Source: Marsupella aquatica
Lineage: Eukaryota > Plantae > Marchantiophyta
Direction: 5' to 3'
NCBI GenBank assembly: GCA_973895155.1
Contig: OZ316893.1
Coordinates: forward strand, 10,731,660 to 10,795,659
Length of the DNA stretch: 64,000 bases
Made by a program: the position numbers and the translations under genes. Of this stretch, positions 14,695 through 27,500 are shown one piece after another; position 1 is the stretch's first letter, and each line of letters opens with the position of its first letter. The notes beneath the pieces were generated by a model. It searched no databases and had not been told where the DNA came from. It worked only from the letters and a program-made list of their open reading frames with translations.

Positions 14695-17242
14695 CCTTCG
14701 TATGTAAGCAAGGCTCGTAGTAGCTAGCTTGTACAAAGCCTTAGTTAAATGAAAATGAGTTTGTTTCGTTGCATTGTGTAGCATGCCTGTCTAGCTAGAT
14801 ACCGGGACAGGGATATTAAGGATTTTGCACATAGTATATACTCGGACTGGCTATATTCCTGTTCTATTGTACGATTTGCTTTGTTTAGATACTGTATCTT
14901 GTAGTTAGTAAAGTAGAAAACCCAGGCGTTAGCTGTGTACATGAGTACAATCTAGCTATCTAGTTGACTGTTCACTACTACTTTGCGTAGTGCTACGACC
15001 GGATATGGCCCCGATTCATTCGAAGCAAGCTTCGTCTCTCCAGCCGCGTTACCGTAGCTACTGGATAAATATGCTTTGGTTCTAGATCGATATTACGGCG
15101 CAGGCACGTCTATAATAAAATCAAGTACTTTTGACAGTGCCACATTGGCAAATAAAGCCAATTGGATTCCTCAAAGCAACTTACAGGAGAGTCGCTTCGT
15201 TCATAAAAAGGCACTTGTATAATGGATTCCTACCGAATCGGAGGGTGTAGATATATTTGCGATCCTGAAAGTTCCAACCGGCATGATCGATGCAAGGTAC
15301 ACTCTGCTTGCACGGACTGAAGGGAAGGGGATATATGGAGTCGTGCTCGGTGATCTTACAGTTTTGTTGAATGGAAATGGAAGCTTTTCAACAGGCCAGT
15401 GAGCTCAATACCCTCGTAACTAAGAAGATGGGTGCAATGCCTACTTATATCTTTGCTGCCGATCTACCGAGGATTGGACCCTTCCCATGGAAAAACGAGA
15501 TGGTAGCTAGCAGCTACTCCCAAGCCATTTGCCTGCAAAAGAGGAAGAGTCAAAGATCGCTCATAAATTAAAAGTGTAGAATGCTCACATACAATCAATG
15601 AATCATTAATTCGACACTCATACCAGGTTGGCCTTCAGGACGAGCGCCCCTTCTCAGGAATTAATGTGATCATCTTGAGGCAACTAGACTAAGCTGAAGC
15701 CGGGATGGGCCTCCACGTTTGCCAAATGGCTCAGATAGACTTTCGGAAAGAGGATGGTTCTGAGCCAAACCCTCTTCCTAATAAGATGATACATATTTGT
15801 TTTGTTTAGCTCACATGATACCCTTCATGATACATGTTTCACGAAAGATTGCAATGTGATAGAAAACACCGATAGAGTCGTCTTTTAAATTTAGTAACTT
15901 TCTCAATTTTGATGAAAGTGAGCTGTATTAGGCTAGTTAGATAAGGCCACTTACAACAGCAGACTATGCGTCATGTGAAGGAAGAAAGTAAAGGTTAAAA
16001 TTGGTGATAAAAAGACTTAGTCAGCTTGGGTGGGTTGGCTTACCATAAAGTTGAGGTATCATTTCAGTTTATCGCCCAAATTACAACTGTTTGTGCTCAA
16101 ATTTTAGTCACAAATTTCCCTTGGTTTTCTCTATCTCCCATCAAAATTTCTCCTCATTTGGTTGAGTAGGAGTAAAAGGGAAATTGCACTTTTTCTTCTT
16201 TTGTTTTTGCTGGCCCTCTGGGCTTTCCTTCAAACAAACCAAAAAACCAAAAAAAAACCGGGAAATTGCACTTTTGGCTTGATTTTGGCTTCTTTGACTT
16301 AGTCAGCCTTGAGTTACTGACCCATATATATATAATTGCTTTTTATCAATGTGCAACCCACAGCTAGTATAACTTTTACACACGTTACAACTCCTGCACA
16401 TGTTACCAACTCGCATGCATTACACAAGTGAGTTGGTGCATAAATTCTCATTATTCTCACAAATTCTCATTATGCACCAAACCACTTTCCATGATTCTCA
16501 CCATTGATCAAAATTTTAATTTGCAACAGTCTCTAATTGGACCCGTAAAGAACACAAACTCAGAACAGTGAGCTGGGTGAGAAAATTTAGGTTCCATAGG
16601 AAGGGGGTGGTGTACTGCATTGTCATACTGGTTTTGACCTTAAAAATAAATAATTATTAAAGTATTGGATCTGGATGTAACTGAGAATATTCTGAGCATC
16701 TTGATATAAACAGTCATTGTTTGGCGTATACATGCATTAGTGTTAAAATAAGACGGAAAAACAGGATATTTTGGTGTTGTGTTATTTCCTGGAATAAAAA
16801 CAATTTTTTGGCGCAAAGTGGGCTGGTACTACAGTACTATATATGAGAAAAGGTTTTGTAGTCCTTGGCAGCAATTAAACTGTAACTCCTGGTACAAGAG
16901 CCTCCTAAGAGCATCCGCACCGGTTTCGCGGCCCGGGGCTGCCAAAGGGAAAACGCCTGCCACCATTTGGAAGCCGGCATCCCAATATGGTTCGGATGCA
17001 TGATAGGCGTTGCACCCGTGCCTTGTAAACCAGCACCTGCAAATGGGTTAACCTGCGTTCGAACCTCAGCAACTCAGGTTCGAACACCGTCCACCACACG
17101 GGAGTGCAGTGTTTCGACCAAGAGAATGCAAAAACACGGGGAATCAAGAATGGACGTTTGTCATGCCGAAACTCCATAGCCTGCGCCCGCGAAGCTTTGT
17201 TGCAACAAAAGAACTCTGACCAATTTCATCCAATATTTTGTG

Positions 17243-18547
17243 ATGGATCGCCTTGAAGCATGGAGGTTGAATTTGCGATTGCAGATTGAAGCTGAGCAGG
17301 ATTTCTGGGAGAAGGCTATACTGACCGGTCCCTTGTCGCTCCAAGGGCTTGGTACAATTCAGCAGAAAGAGCGCAAACGAGGTGGTGGATCAGTGCCTGG
17401 CAAGAGACCCAACAAAGATCGGAAGAGAGAGAGGGGACATCAAGTAATTTGGGATGATTACTTTGCAGAGCCCTGTACGTATGACAATAGGGACTTTCGA
17501 CGTAGGTTTAGGATGACACGAAGACTATTCCACAAAATTCACCAAGCGATTTGTGCACATGACAGCTTCTTCCAACAGAGGCGAGATGCTGCCAACAAAA
17601 TAGGGTTATCTGGTCTCCAGAAAATCACTGCAGCTCTCCGGCAATTGGCATTTGGAATTGGTGCAGATGCAACAGACGAGTATTGTAGGCTTGGAGAATC
17701 TACAGCTAGGAAGTCATTGTATAGGTTTTGTTTGGCAATTCGACAATTGTATGAGGAGAAGTACCTGAGGAAGCCAAATAGGAGTGACTTCCTGCGCTTG
17801 TTGGCTGTGAACGAGAGTAGAGGATTCCCCGGAATGTTTGCTTCGCTAGACTGCATGCACTACGAGTGGAAAAATTGCCCTGTGGCTTGGCAGGGGCAAT
17901 TCACAGACAAAGATGGCAACAAATCAATAGTTCTAGAGGCAATTGCAGATCAAGAGCTCTGGATTTGGCATGCATTCTTTGGCTTGCTTGGTGGGAACAA
18001 TGACTTAAATGTATTGGACCGATCTCCTCTGGTGAATGACATGTTGCACCAGCACTATGAGCAACTCAACTACAACATTAATGGCACACTGTACAAGAGA
18101 GCCTACCTCTTGGTTGATGGCATTTATCCCAAGTGGTCTTGTTTTGTCACGACTTTTCACAAGCCCCAATCACAGAAGAAGCGTTTTTTTGCCAAGTGCC
18201 AAGAGGCTGCCAGAAAAGATGTGGAGAGAGCCTTTGGGGTTTTGCAAGCTAGATGGGGAATTGTGAAACAACCAGCAAGATCTTGGCATCTCGAGCGAGT
18301 GCATACAATTCTGATGGCCTGCATTGTCCTTCACAACATGATCATTGAGGATGAGCGAGGGGAGGAACATGAAGATTTTAGAATTGAGGCTGGTCCTTTA
18401 TTAGCAGTGCAGAGAGGAAGAATGCCATGGAGGGACTACCTAGCTGCCACAAGAGAGCTCGAGAATGCAAGCAGTTGGAATGCCCTACGAAATGACTTAA
18501 TGGAACATCTATGGAAGCAGAAGGGTGACATTGGATTAGAGGAGTAG
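17243..18547 (+). CDS. PIF/Harbinger DDE transposase
   Basis: Uninterrupted ORF with FRRRFRM, GFPGMFASLDCMH (D), GNNDLNVLDRSP, YLLVDGIYP (D) and QEAARKDVERAFGVLQARW (E). Confidence 0.95.
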   Translation: MDRLEAWRLNLRLQIEAEQDFWEKAILTGPLSLQGLGTIQQKERKRGGGSVPGKRPNKDRKRERGHQVIWDDYFAEPCTYDNRDFRRRFRMTRRLFHKIHQAICAHDSFFQQRRDAANKIGLSGLQKITAALRQLAFGIGADATDEYCRLGESTARKSLYRFCLAIRQLYEEKYLRKPNRSDFLRLLAVNESRGFPGMFASLDCMHYEWKNCPVAWQGQFTDKDGNKSIVLEAIADQELWIWHAFFGLLGGNNDLNVLDRSPLVNDMLHQHYEQLNYNINGTLYKRAYLLVDGIYPKWSCFVTTFHKPQSQKKRFFAKCQEAARKDVERAFGVLQARWGIVKQPARSWHLERVHTILMACIVLHNMIIEDERGEEHEDFRIEAGPLLAVQRGRMPWRDYLAATRELENASSWNALRNDLMEHLWKQKGDIGLEE

Positions 18548-19647
18548 TGTAGAAATATTGTAGGACTGTACATTCAGAATATGTGATCATGAGATGTGCA
18601 ATAAAGTGCCTGCATTTTATTTCAGTTTTGTGTATACAAAATTGAGACGTCTGAACTATGTAGACTGAAAATGTTTCAGAGTCTAAATGCTACCCTGTGA
18701 GATGAAGGTGTTCAAAACTCATAATGTGAATGACACTTCATTCACTCGTACTCCACAGCTTGCTACGCCAAACTCCATTCGCTCATCATACAAAGCAGAC
18801 CTGTGCAGCACACAGAGTACGTGCAACATAAGCCCACAACATACTCTGTCAATTTTTGATAGACAACAAACATAATTAAAACTGAGCCTGCATACGAACC
18901 TTTTGCTCAAGGTAGTGTCGAACTTATTTATCGTCTTCCTCATTGTCCCCTGAGTCCTCCATGCTGCGAAGAAGCTCTTGTTCAAACGAATTGGCTGCCC
19001 ACTCGTTCAAGACAAAATGAACTCTAGGGGTTTGTTGTCTCTTCTGCTGTGGGGCCTTCTCTTTTGCAATTGGACTTCTCCTGACTACGGGCTTAGCTAT
19101 GGAGGGGCATGGCTTTGAATGAGCAGTGGAGCTTTCAGAGCTTGAGATTGACATCTTTCCTTGATGACCGAGTCGGTAGTTCTCCCAGCCCCGAAAAACA
19201 ACGAGTCCACGGTTGCACAACAGAAAAGCTCAAGCTTAAAAAAGGTGACCACGAAAATGCAATGGCGAGCTCCCACAAGTTTGCACAACAAGAAGAGGAA
19301 AAGCTCCAGGCCCAACGACTTTCACTGTACATGATCAAGGGTCGCCATCAGATCACACAAATTGCAGGAGCATTCACATGAGCTCACAAGTCTGTACATA
19401 CAGAGGTCTGTACCATGGGAGACAAGACCATAAATAATTCCCTGACGTTGCAGTACCAAGAGGACCTTGTACAGAGCGTGACTGTGAGCTTCGTGAAATA
19501 CAGGCTTCATAATTTTGGACTAGTCCCACACACAAAGTCAGATATGAATGAACATAACTAGGGCCACTTTATTAACATTTGGAATTTTCAAGAGTACATA
19601 CGCATCTAAGATTGTGACAAAAAAATACTACATCCAATATTATGTCA

Positions 19648-20592
19648 CTATTGGGGGGATGGAGGGTCAATTTCATCTATAGGTGAAGAATCTTCATCGC
19701 TAGGCAATGGAGTTGGAAGGGAACTCCTGGACGCCCTTGGTGGCAACGGGGAGGGTATTCCAATGCTCCCGACAGAGATCCTGTCCCTTAACTTGGTCAT
19801 TTGGTCTGTCCTCCACAATTTCAAAAAATCCAAGGTCTCGCTGTCAAGGTGCTCTGTTGGCATTGTGAGCATATTCATGAATGTTTGGCTCTCCAGAACC
19901 CTCAAACGTTGCACACCTGTTTCAGCCATCACCTTCTGAGCTTGGGCAGCCATCTTGAATGCATCTTCATGAGCTCTCATTTTCTTGGCATTGTCCTTTG
20001 CCAGCTTGCTTCCAAGGGGCCTCTTGCTCGAATTTCCTTGGGAGCTCTCCTGCTCATTCTGCTCCTTCTCTGGTTCGGATTGAACATAGTTTGGCCCCTC
20101 ATCTGACAGATTTGTGTACTCCTTCTCCCCTTGTTCCTTGCTTGGTGTCGACATTGACTGCTTGCGTTTCCCATTTCCTTTCGACATTTGGTCTTCTGGC
20201 AACATCCACCTTGGGCAGTCCTTCAGGATGTCGTAGCACACAGAAAAGGAAAATTCCTTGCCCTTTGAATGTCGTGTCTTGTACAGTTCTTTCGCCTTGA
20301 TCAATGTGTCGTCGCTGTTGGTGCCAGAAATGTCAAGATCTTCAACACATTTGTAGCATCCAATAAAACGAGTCGTGGCCTTCCGCACATCACCCCACTT
20401 GCTTTCGAGAGATTTTGAGGTCCTACTTTCAAGACCTCTCGGTTTATTTCTATCGTAGTGCTCCCCGACACGCTCCCAAAAATTCTCTCTCTTCTGCCCT
20501 GAGCCAACACATGGATCCTGAGAAATCTCCAAGTATGAATAGCATAGTTGCTTTAATTCTGGTGGGCTAAAATTCTTCCCTCGCTGCGCCAT
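19648..20592 (-). CDS. Harbinger ORF1 Myb/SANT-like (NAM-associated) DNA-binding protein
   Basis: RGKNFSPPE..LCYSYLEISQDP..GSGQKRENFWERV, RTSKSLESKW, CYDILKDCPRW and RPLGSKLAK. Intact ORF; first ATG at 20592. Confidence 0.9.
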   Translation of the reverse strand: MAQRGKNFSPPELKQLCYSYLEISQDPCVGSGQKRENFWERVGEHYDRNKPRGLESRTSKSLESKWGDVRKATTRFIGCYKCVEDLDISGTNSDDTLIKAKELYKTRHSKGKEFSFSVCYDILKDCPRWMLPEDQMSKGNGKRKQSMSTPSKEQGEKEYTNLSDEGPNYVQSEPEKEQNEQESSQGNSSKRPLGSKLAKDNAKKMRAHEDAFKMAAQAQKVMAETGVQRLRVLESQTFMNMLTMPTEHLDSETLDFLKLWRTDQMTKLRDRISVGSIGIPSPLPPRASRSSLPTPLPSDEDSSPIDEIDPPSPQ

Positions 20593-22463
20593 GTCGTCAG
20601 ATTGCAGCACACACGATCACTGTGCACTGTCCCCGTACTTCAGAAATCGGGAGCTGGGACCACAAGCTTCACATGCAGGCGCAAAACCGTGTGTACTCGA
20701 CATTCTCTACAGTGCACTCGACAAGCTTGGCAGAGGTCTGGGCTCAACTCTGGCGCGAAGTTCATAAAAGTGAGGGAATTCCATGGAGTCTTGGGATGTG
20801 AACATGTGGCAAAAGGACCATAGTAGATGCAATTTGCCAGCATTGGCAAAAGGAGAATACAGACCTGCAAAAACGCCAGGTATTCCGGTCGGCAAAAGTG
20901 TGCGCGCTGCGAAAGGCAAAAAAATTAGGGCTGCCTATCACCGGTGCAACACGAAAAATGTCTCATGCCGGCATATGACGGGAAATGCCAGCCACAACCC
21001 GGATGGAGAGCACCGGTGCGGATGCTCTAAGGGCTTCAGGTTACTTGGAGGCCTCATTTGAAAAGTTTGCCTCACTCGTCTTACGCACGACCATCCCTGC
21101 TCCCAACAGCCATTGGATCTTCACTCGCCCCTGCACCTCCTCTCAACTGTTCAACTACATTACGGGCTCAACAGAAAGATATCTCCAAGGTCTAGGGATG
21201 GTGAAAATTACAACCACCACTACGAAACACCAAGTGAGAAAAAAGGGAAACCGATTTCTTCCAGAGATTTTAAACCGGACCAACCTACAAATACGAAACG
21301 GTCTCTCCTTAGCCAGTCATCCATGCTATCAAATAAACCTTTTGGTTCTTTGGAAGACTTTAATCTCTGGAATACAGAGTCCAGATGGCTCAAAGCCTCT
21401 TCTTCGAACTGGAAAAAAAGTGTAATATGGGACTATTCGAGTTAAAAAGTTGCCATGGTTCTTGGGCATTACGCATCACTGCGAGGTACATGGACGCATT
21501 GACATCAATTAATATCCAAGATTTGAAATAACGGTCTGACTGTAATCACGCTTCACATGGACTAATCTCATGGAGCAACAGTTGTTTTTGCATGATTAGA
21601 GGGATATCGCTTCCGCTTTGGCTGTTCTTCAAGGATGGAGATGGGGTTTAGCCGACTACTTACATCAAGACCCAGGTCTTCATCATCCCAATTTTATTGA
21701 ACCTGCTATTTACATAAGCTCACGAACCTCCTAAGTTCTAGTCCTCTGCGCAAACTGTCATAAAACAGACGTCAATGGAAGACATGTCGCTATATGTTAG
21801 CAAATGAAATCCCCTGTTTACGGAGTATTGAGCTAGCTCAAGATCTTGAATACTAGAATGAAGCCAATCTAAACATTTATCTTTGCAATGATCTAAGCTG
21901 CAGAGAGACCTGAATTCTCTGTCGAGCTGGCTGGTGGGTCTTGCGAAGATCCTAAGGCCCAAGACGAGGAATGCTTGGCCGCGCGAGCTTGCATCGGGCA
22001 CTCTTCCAAAATGTTCAAACATACATTTCTGAAATGTACAGCTCTATACATCGAGAAACTCTAATTCAAAAGGCCGCCGAACTTAGCTACCGACAAACTA
22101 TAATCCCCCTTTGTATCTAGAGAGCTCTTGCAAATACTCTCTCCACATACTGTTTCTCAGGAAGCCAACGCCACAATTCAACGGCGACAAGAAACGCATC
22201 CACGAGGGAGGAACTGCATCAGCTTCTTTTGGTGCTCATGCCCGGACGCAACTCTTGCGCTCATGGATCGTCCTGTTCCGATTGCACTGGGCTGAGTTTT
22301 GTTCCGATTGCGCTGGCTGAGAGTTTAATGTTCCCGTGCCGAAGTACTGGATGCTCCATCACAACCAACCCATCCAATTCACCTCAGCTCCATTAACATC
22401 GATTTCGATGAGCATTCTCTAGAGTTCATGCGGAATGCAGATTGACATCCTTTTTAAATTAGA

Positions 22464-22476
22464 TTGGTCTCCCGTG
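22464..22476 (-). terminator. snRNA 3' box-like signal
   Basis: Minus strand CACGGGAGACCAA just after the U2 end resembles the plant consensus CA(N)3-10AGTNNAA with one mismatch. Confidence 0.5.
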
Positions 22477-22482
22477 AGGGAG

Positions 22483-22678
22483 GTGGGCTGCGCCTGCCTT
22501 GAAGGTAGTTCAATACCAAGGCGACACTGGCAGGACCGAAGCAGCAAGCTACCCCGATGGCCCTGCACCCGAGAGAAGTTAGATTAATATCGTGAGGGTC
22601 GATGACCCTCGTATCAGATATTAAACTGATAAGAACAGATACTACACTTGATCTTAGCCAAAAGGCCGAGAAAGGTAT
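22483..22678 (-). ncRNA. U2: U2 spliceosomal snRNA (variant Sm site)
   Basis: Begins ATACCTTTCTCGGCCTTTTGGCTAAGATCAAGTGTAGTATCTGTTCTTATCAGTTTAATATCTGATA, matching plant U2 including the branch-point recognition GUAGUA. Stems IIb, III and IV can form. Length about 196 nt. Confidence 0.96.
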
Positions 22679-22699
22679 GAAGCTTCTTTCGTCACTGGT

Positions 22700-22755
22700 G
22701 AGCTTAAGTACCTCTGGCCAGTGCAGAGGACACTACCCAGAACTTATGGTCTTTT
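22700..22755 (-). promoter_or_regulatory. Putative snRNA promoter (USE-like element plus TATA-like box)
   Basis: Minus strand has GACCATAAG at about -70 and TACTTAAG at about -30 from the U2 start, the spacing of plant Pol II snRNA promoters. The motif identity is inferred. Confidence 0.55.
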
Positions 22756-24570
22756 CTTTTCAAAGTCTCTCACGTACCAATTCCCCGTGACCAGCCCTAC
22801 AGTTCAGTACCGTTATTGATTTCATCTGCCTATAATAGTTCTTGATGTCATCTGCCTATCTTACTATATAATCGTAAACAGAAACTACATGTAAGGGCTG
22901 CGGTCTAGAGGCTTGCAGAAGCTACTTGTAAGGGCTGTCTAACTCAAATAAGTACAAAATGTATAATGACTATGAGAAAGACACATCTAAAAGGTGCAAA
23001 AAAAAAAGGTATACAAAGATAAGGGAAAAGAGTATAGATTTCTGTTGTTTTTCTTCAATTATTTTTGTTTTCAATTGTATTTCAGTTCAAGGAACAGGTC
23101 GGCAGGCTAGTCGTCATTAGGATACAATAGGCAGAGCTTGAGTAATTCCATCACACTCTCTCATGCCTCACCAGTGTTATCTTAGCAAGTCGACCTCTGG
23201 TTCCCTGGGTTGGTGCCTTTTTGGGTCCTCCTTTCTGGAATTCATTAGGTTCTTTTGAGGCAAAAAAAGAAGAAGCAAGAGCAAGTCATGGGAAGAAAGG
23301 AGAAGCCACTGAACTCCAATGGCAACCCAGATATACATTCGAAGTCAGCCCAGACGAAAGACAGTAGGGCTTTAAACGTGAGACCGTTTAGTAATAACAT
23401 CTCTTAGAAGCCCTGAAGGGAGCCACATGTGGTCTTCGGATATTCATCTCTGTACATCACAGTTCCTCGGTTAGGAGTCATTTCCGCATTCTCACATATA
23501 GGAATCTCGAATTCATATCCTCCAGCGCAATATATGTTTGGACGGTTATATTCTCCTGTGATTAGACCTCAACTCTTCCGAGTTGTAACAGTTACCTACA
23601 AAGACCACGACCCAGATTGCAAGTATCCCGAACCTTGCGTCAAGCTGCCTGACGGGTGCCATTAAATCATGGAGTCTCTGTGCAATCTTCTTACTTTCTA
23701 ACCATTGGTACACTCGACTCTTTGATTATATTCTCATCCTTATTGGAGTCTCGGCGTAATTGCAGCTAGGAACAACCTTGGGTGGAGTATGGCCTTCCAG
23801 AGTGAAATTGCGTTATGTGCCATACAATTATTACCGATCTATCAGTCTGATGCTTCCCAATATCATAGAGAAGGAAGTCGACGGCTTCAGACTAAAGAGT
23901 GGACATCGCATATATACCACCACGTCACGGTTCGAATTTAAAATAGTTTTCCATCGACAGCACTCGCTTCAGAGGTTGTGACGATTAAACCTCTTCGAAA
24001 TAACCTCACAAAGCCACTGCTTGCTTGTTAAGACTCAAGTGGGCAGCATACTTGGTTTATTTCTTGATTGAAGAAGGATAGACCACTCAAAGATAATCAT
24101 AATTCTGAGAAATATGAGATTGCAAAACTTCTGAGAGTGATTTGGAACCTTTGCACTCAGTTTTGTGTACTTGCTGCTGTTCGAGTGAGGAGTTCGACAG
24201 GATTGAAGACAAGCTGCCTACATTATCTGGTGAGAACTTGCTCTAAAGATGGAGATGTGACTCAGATTCGTACTGGTGCGCATGATATAACCTCTTTCTA
24301 TGAAGAGATCGAGAAAGACAAGCCTCATGAACACACCTTACAGAGTAAAATGGAATATGGAACAAGTAACTCGTTGCGACATGTCACTATCCTAGAAATT
24401 AACAGAATGCTTGAACCGCATGAAAGAATTGAATGTGACAACCAATGAATCATAATTCTACAACTGCTCTGAAATAGGACACTAAAGAGCGGAGAAATCT
24501 ACATTACAATATTTTCGTTGATTCCCAAGAGTCCTATTATTGGTTTATCGCTTTTGTAAATAAATACCAT

Positions 24571-27500
24571 TTACAGTGTGAGGAGTGAACTTTTCGACCC
24601 CTTCTTCATTCGCCGGGGTTTCTTTTGCCTCACACGCCAAAGACTCCAAATCAGAAGAAAACCTGAAAAAATGACATTCCCATCAATCGTCAAGATCCGC
24701 AATTTAAAAAAACTGCTCATAAAGAAACTGCTGAAAGTCCGCCATGCTTGACAGCCGCTACAACAGATTCAGAAGATGAAAGAATCACTTAGAGCTCTCT
24801 AAATCATCTGGCAACCAATCTTGATAATAGCTTTCACGCATGTGCTTTTGTACCTGTCACACATAGAGACACCGGGACAAGCCATTGGAAGAGCAATCCC
24901 GCGCTCTCTGGCTGCAAAATATACCCACCACCAAAAGTTGGAAGACGGCTCTTCTACTTTATCTTGTCTACTGTAGGCTCTCCACCACAACGAGTTCATT
25001 TTAAAAAGATGCGTCCATCCTTTCCATCTAATCTCCTGACACTTTATTTATGAAGCTGTACAAATAGTCAAAGCAAAAAACAATCTAAGAGAACCAGAAT
25101 TGTCCAACAACATTGTATGATCGAAAGTAGATCCTACAAACAAAATTTTACAAGGATACAATTCAAAGCATACCTCTTCATGGTGCAAACCTAAGAATCC
25201 TGTTCGCCTGTTCTTCTCACGATGTATAACTGCATCAGTAAGTCCCTGGAGACCAGCTGACGTAATTCCATTTTTTCCTACTGAATTACCATACAAATGT
25301 AGCGTCGTTGTGTTCAGAGTTATTTCTTCTATCTGTACCGAACTGTCTATTTCATAATCTGTGCTAAGCTGTGGTAATGACAAATCTGCCCCGATCTTCT
25401 CATTTCCTGAAGCGGGTAAAGGTGAACTGTTGCTTGCCTCATCTGAAACAAATAAATCCTCGTCATAAGCCAGATCATTTGCCATTGACTGGCGCTGAGT
25501 CACCGAATTTGACCCTGGTGTGATGCCTAGATGAAAGCTTTTCCTAGAATTCTCCGTTTGAGCTAGAAAACCTTTGGAGCCTTGTACCACCAGAGGGGCA
25601 TCCATACCACATTGCAGCTGGTGGCCTAGAACAAGAGAGTATGTTGAGAAGTTTATATCTGTACGCCTAGTTGGCAGAATTATGTTCCCGTTGCCAATGG
25701 GAGCTACTAGCTCATTCGTTGAAGAAAAGATCAAAGGATCCTTAATCTTATAGCTTGTAAAGTCAATAAGCTTTTTCAGGAGCCAGTAGCAGTTCGTCAC
25801 CATATGACTACTGTCCAAGCAGTTGCTATCGCCGTACACTGAAATGCGGCCCTTTCCGGCCTCTACAGCCCCTAGGATAGGAGACTCTACCTGTGCCTTC
25901 ACACCCGTCCGGGTCGAAGTGATCCCAGCATTACCGCCAGACGAATCCTGAAATAGGAAACGATGCACATAACCACCAGCAGGGAACCTAATAATATCTG
26001 TGCCTGACGCATAGTGAGCTCTCTCACCTCCTATAGAGTAGGCACCATTCAAAATTGTATCACCAAATGCGATTCCAAACGGATGAAGCAGATCATTTAA
26101 AGCTGGAATGTTAGCTCCACCAGTTGCAGGTGTCCACCAGCTCCGAGTATTGTCATCAAAAAACCTCATCTTCACCATTGTGTCTAAATGATACCAGTCT
26201 GCAAAGACAATAAGACCAAGTCCGTGTGTCTCTACATCATCCTTCAGTTTCTCTATCTCCTCCACATGGTACTCATCCTCAAGATCCACCATAAGTAGCG
26301 TGCCATATTGTTTTGCATCAAAGCAGGTTAAAGGCGAGCCTAGGGTTTCCAAATAGTACCCTGCATCTCTGAGACTATTAAACATTCCATGAAAATTGGT
26401 GTGGATATGATCACCGTGCCAGTCCAGAATATCGTTCCGAACATCCAGTGAATCACGAGGAATGTACCCAGGGGGATATCGTATGCTGTGAAACTGATCC
26501 CAAAGGATTCGCTTCTCACGGACCGGAGTGGGAATCACAGCGACCTTAACAGGCAACACACAGTCCCATCTCCTGGGTTGGTCTTCCCCCCTTCCTGGAG
26601 GAGAAATGAGGGTAAAAGAGACATTTCCCTCTAGAGTTCCGGTAAACTTACTCCCTTCTGGTTTTATTCGGAAGTGCAGCCCCATGTAGCCAGTCCACGG
26701 CCAGATTACATCAGAATATGTAAACTGGATATCAAGTAGATGACCTGCAGCCCCAGCAGGCACCCATGTAGGATGCGACTCAACATAGCCAACTACACCC
26801 ATCCCATTTAGGATTGTGGCGTTGAAAATGACAGGCATCGCACCATGGTACAAAGGCTGGCGACAAAAAGGCCATACGTAAGGGCAGTCAGTGAGGTCCA
26901 GTATCCTGGGATGAATGCTTGCTCGTGGTTTGTAGTTGAGGAGAATCTCAAAAGATTTCAACCTGGACACATGCAACGCTATTTAGTTAGATGAGCCAAA
27001 ACCCACACGAATCAAAATCAAGATCGAGTGCACCCTGCCTGCAGTGAACATCCCTCGGGTACATTTTCACCCGGCGCGTGGGAGAGAACAATCCATATCT
27101 TTTGTTACAAACTTAGACTTCTAAAAATCAATGAAAGTTCAGAAGAATGAGAGTGGGGTAGCAGTTGAAAGTCTTTGAGTAACTCACAAATTCAACCGAC
27201 CGGCACCTTGCTCATAAATGTTGGGACCAACCAATTGCGTTGCGCCTTCAATTAGTGCCTGCTTCATACTTGCTGGGTTGAGAATGTCCCATCGGTTAAC
27301 CTCAGGAACAACACTGGCAAGCAGGCACACAGCACCTGCAACAACCGGGCTTGCCACACTTGTCCCGGATAAGCTCTTGCAGCCAGTGGTTATTTTTGAG
27401 CCAACAACCTCACGCCCGTATGCCACAATGTCTGGCTTAACCCGTCCGTACCTGTGTAATAAATATTCAATCCGTTAGTTGAATATCAAACCTTTCATTG

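Larger units (their letters stand above)
16909..21027. mobile_element. Full-length PIF/Harbinger DNA transposon
   Basis: Perfect 16-bp TIRs GAGCATCCGCACCGGT (16909-16924) and ACCGGTGCGGATGCTC (21012-21027). TAA target-site duplication at 16906-16908 and 21028-21030. Two convergent genes. Confidence 0.96.

Noticed and set aside
15130-15800. Possible gene fragment downstream of the oxidase
   Set aside because: Frames are broken by stops and no family is recognisable.
22602-22790. 62-aa ORF 'SDIKLIRTDTTLDLSQKAEKGM'
   Set aside because: It is the antisense translation of the U2 snRNA gene.
22111-24448. Plus-strand ORFs around U2 and the SBT6.1 3' end
   Set aside because: Short, mostly non-ATG starts, with no coherent exon chain or motif.
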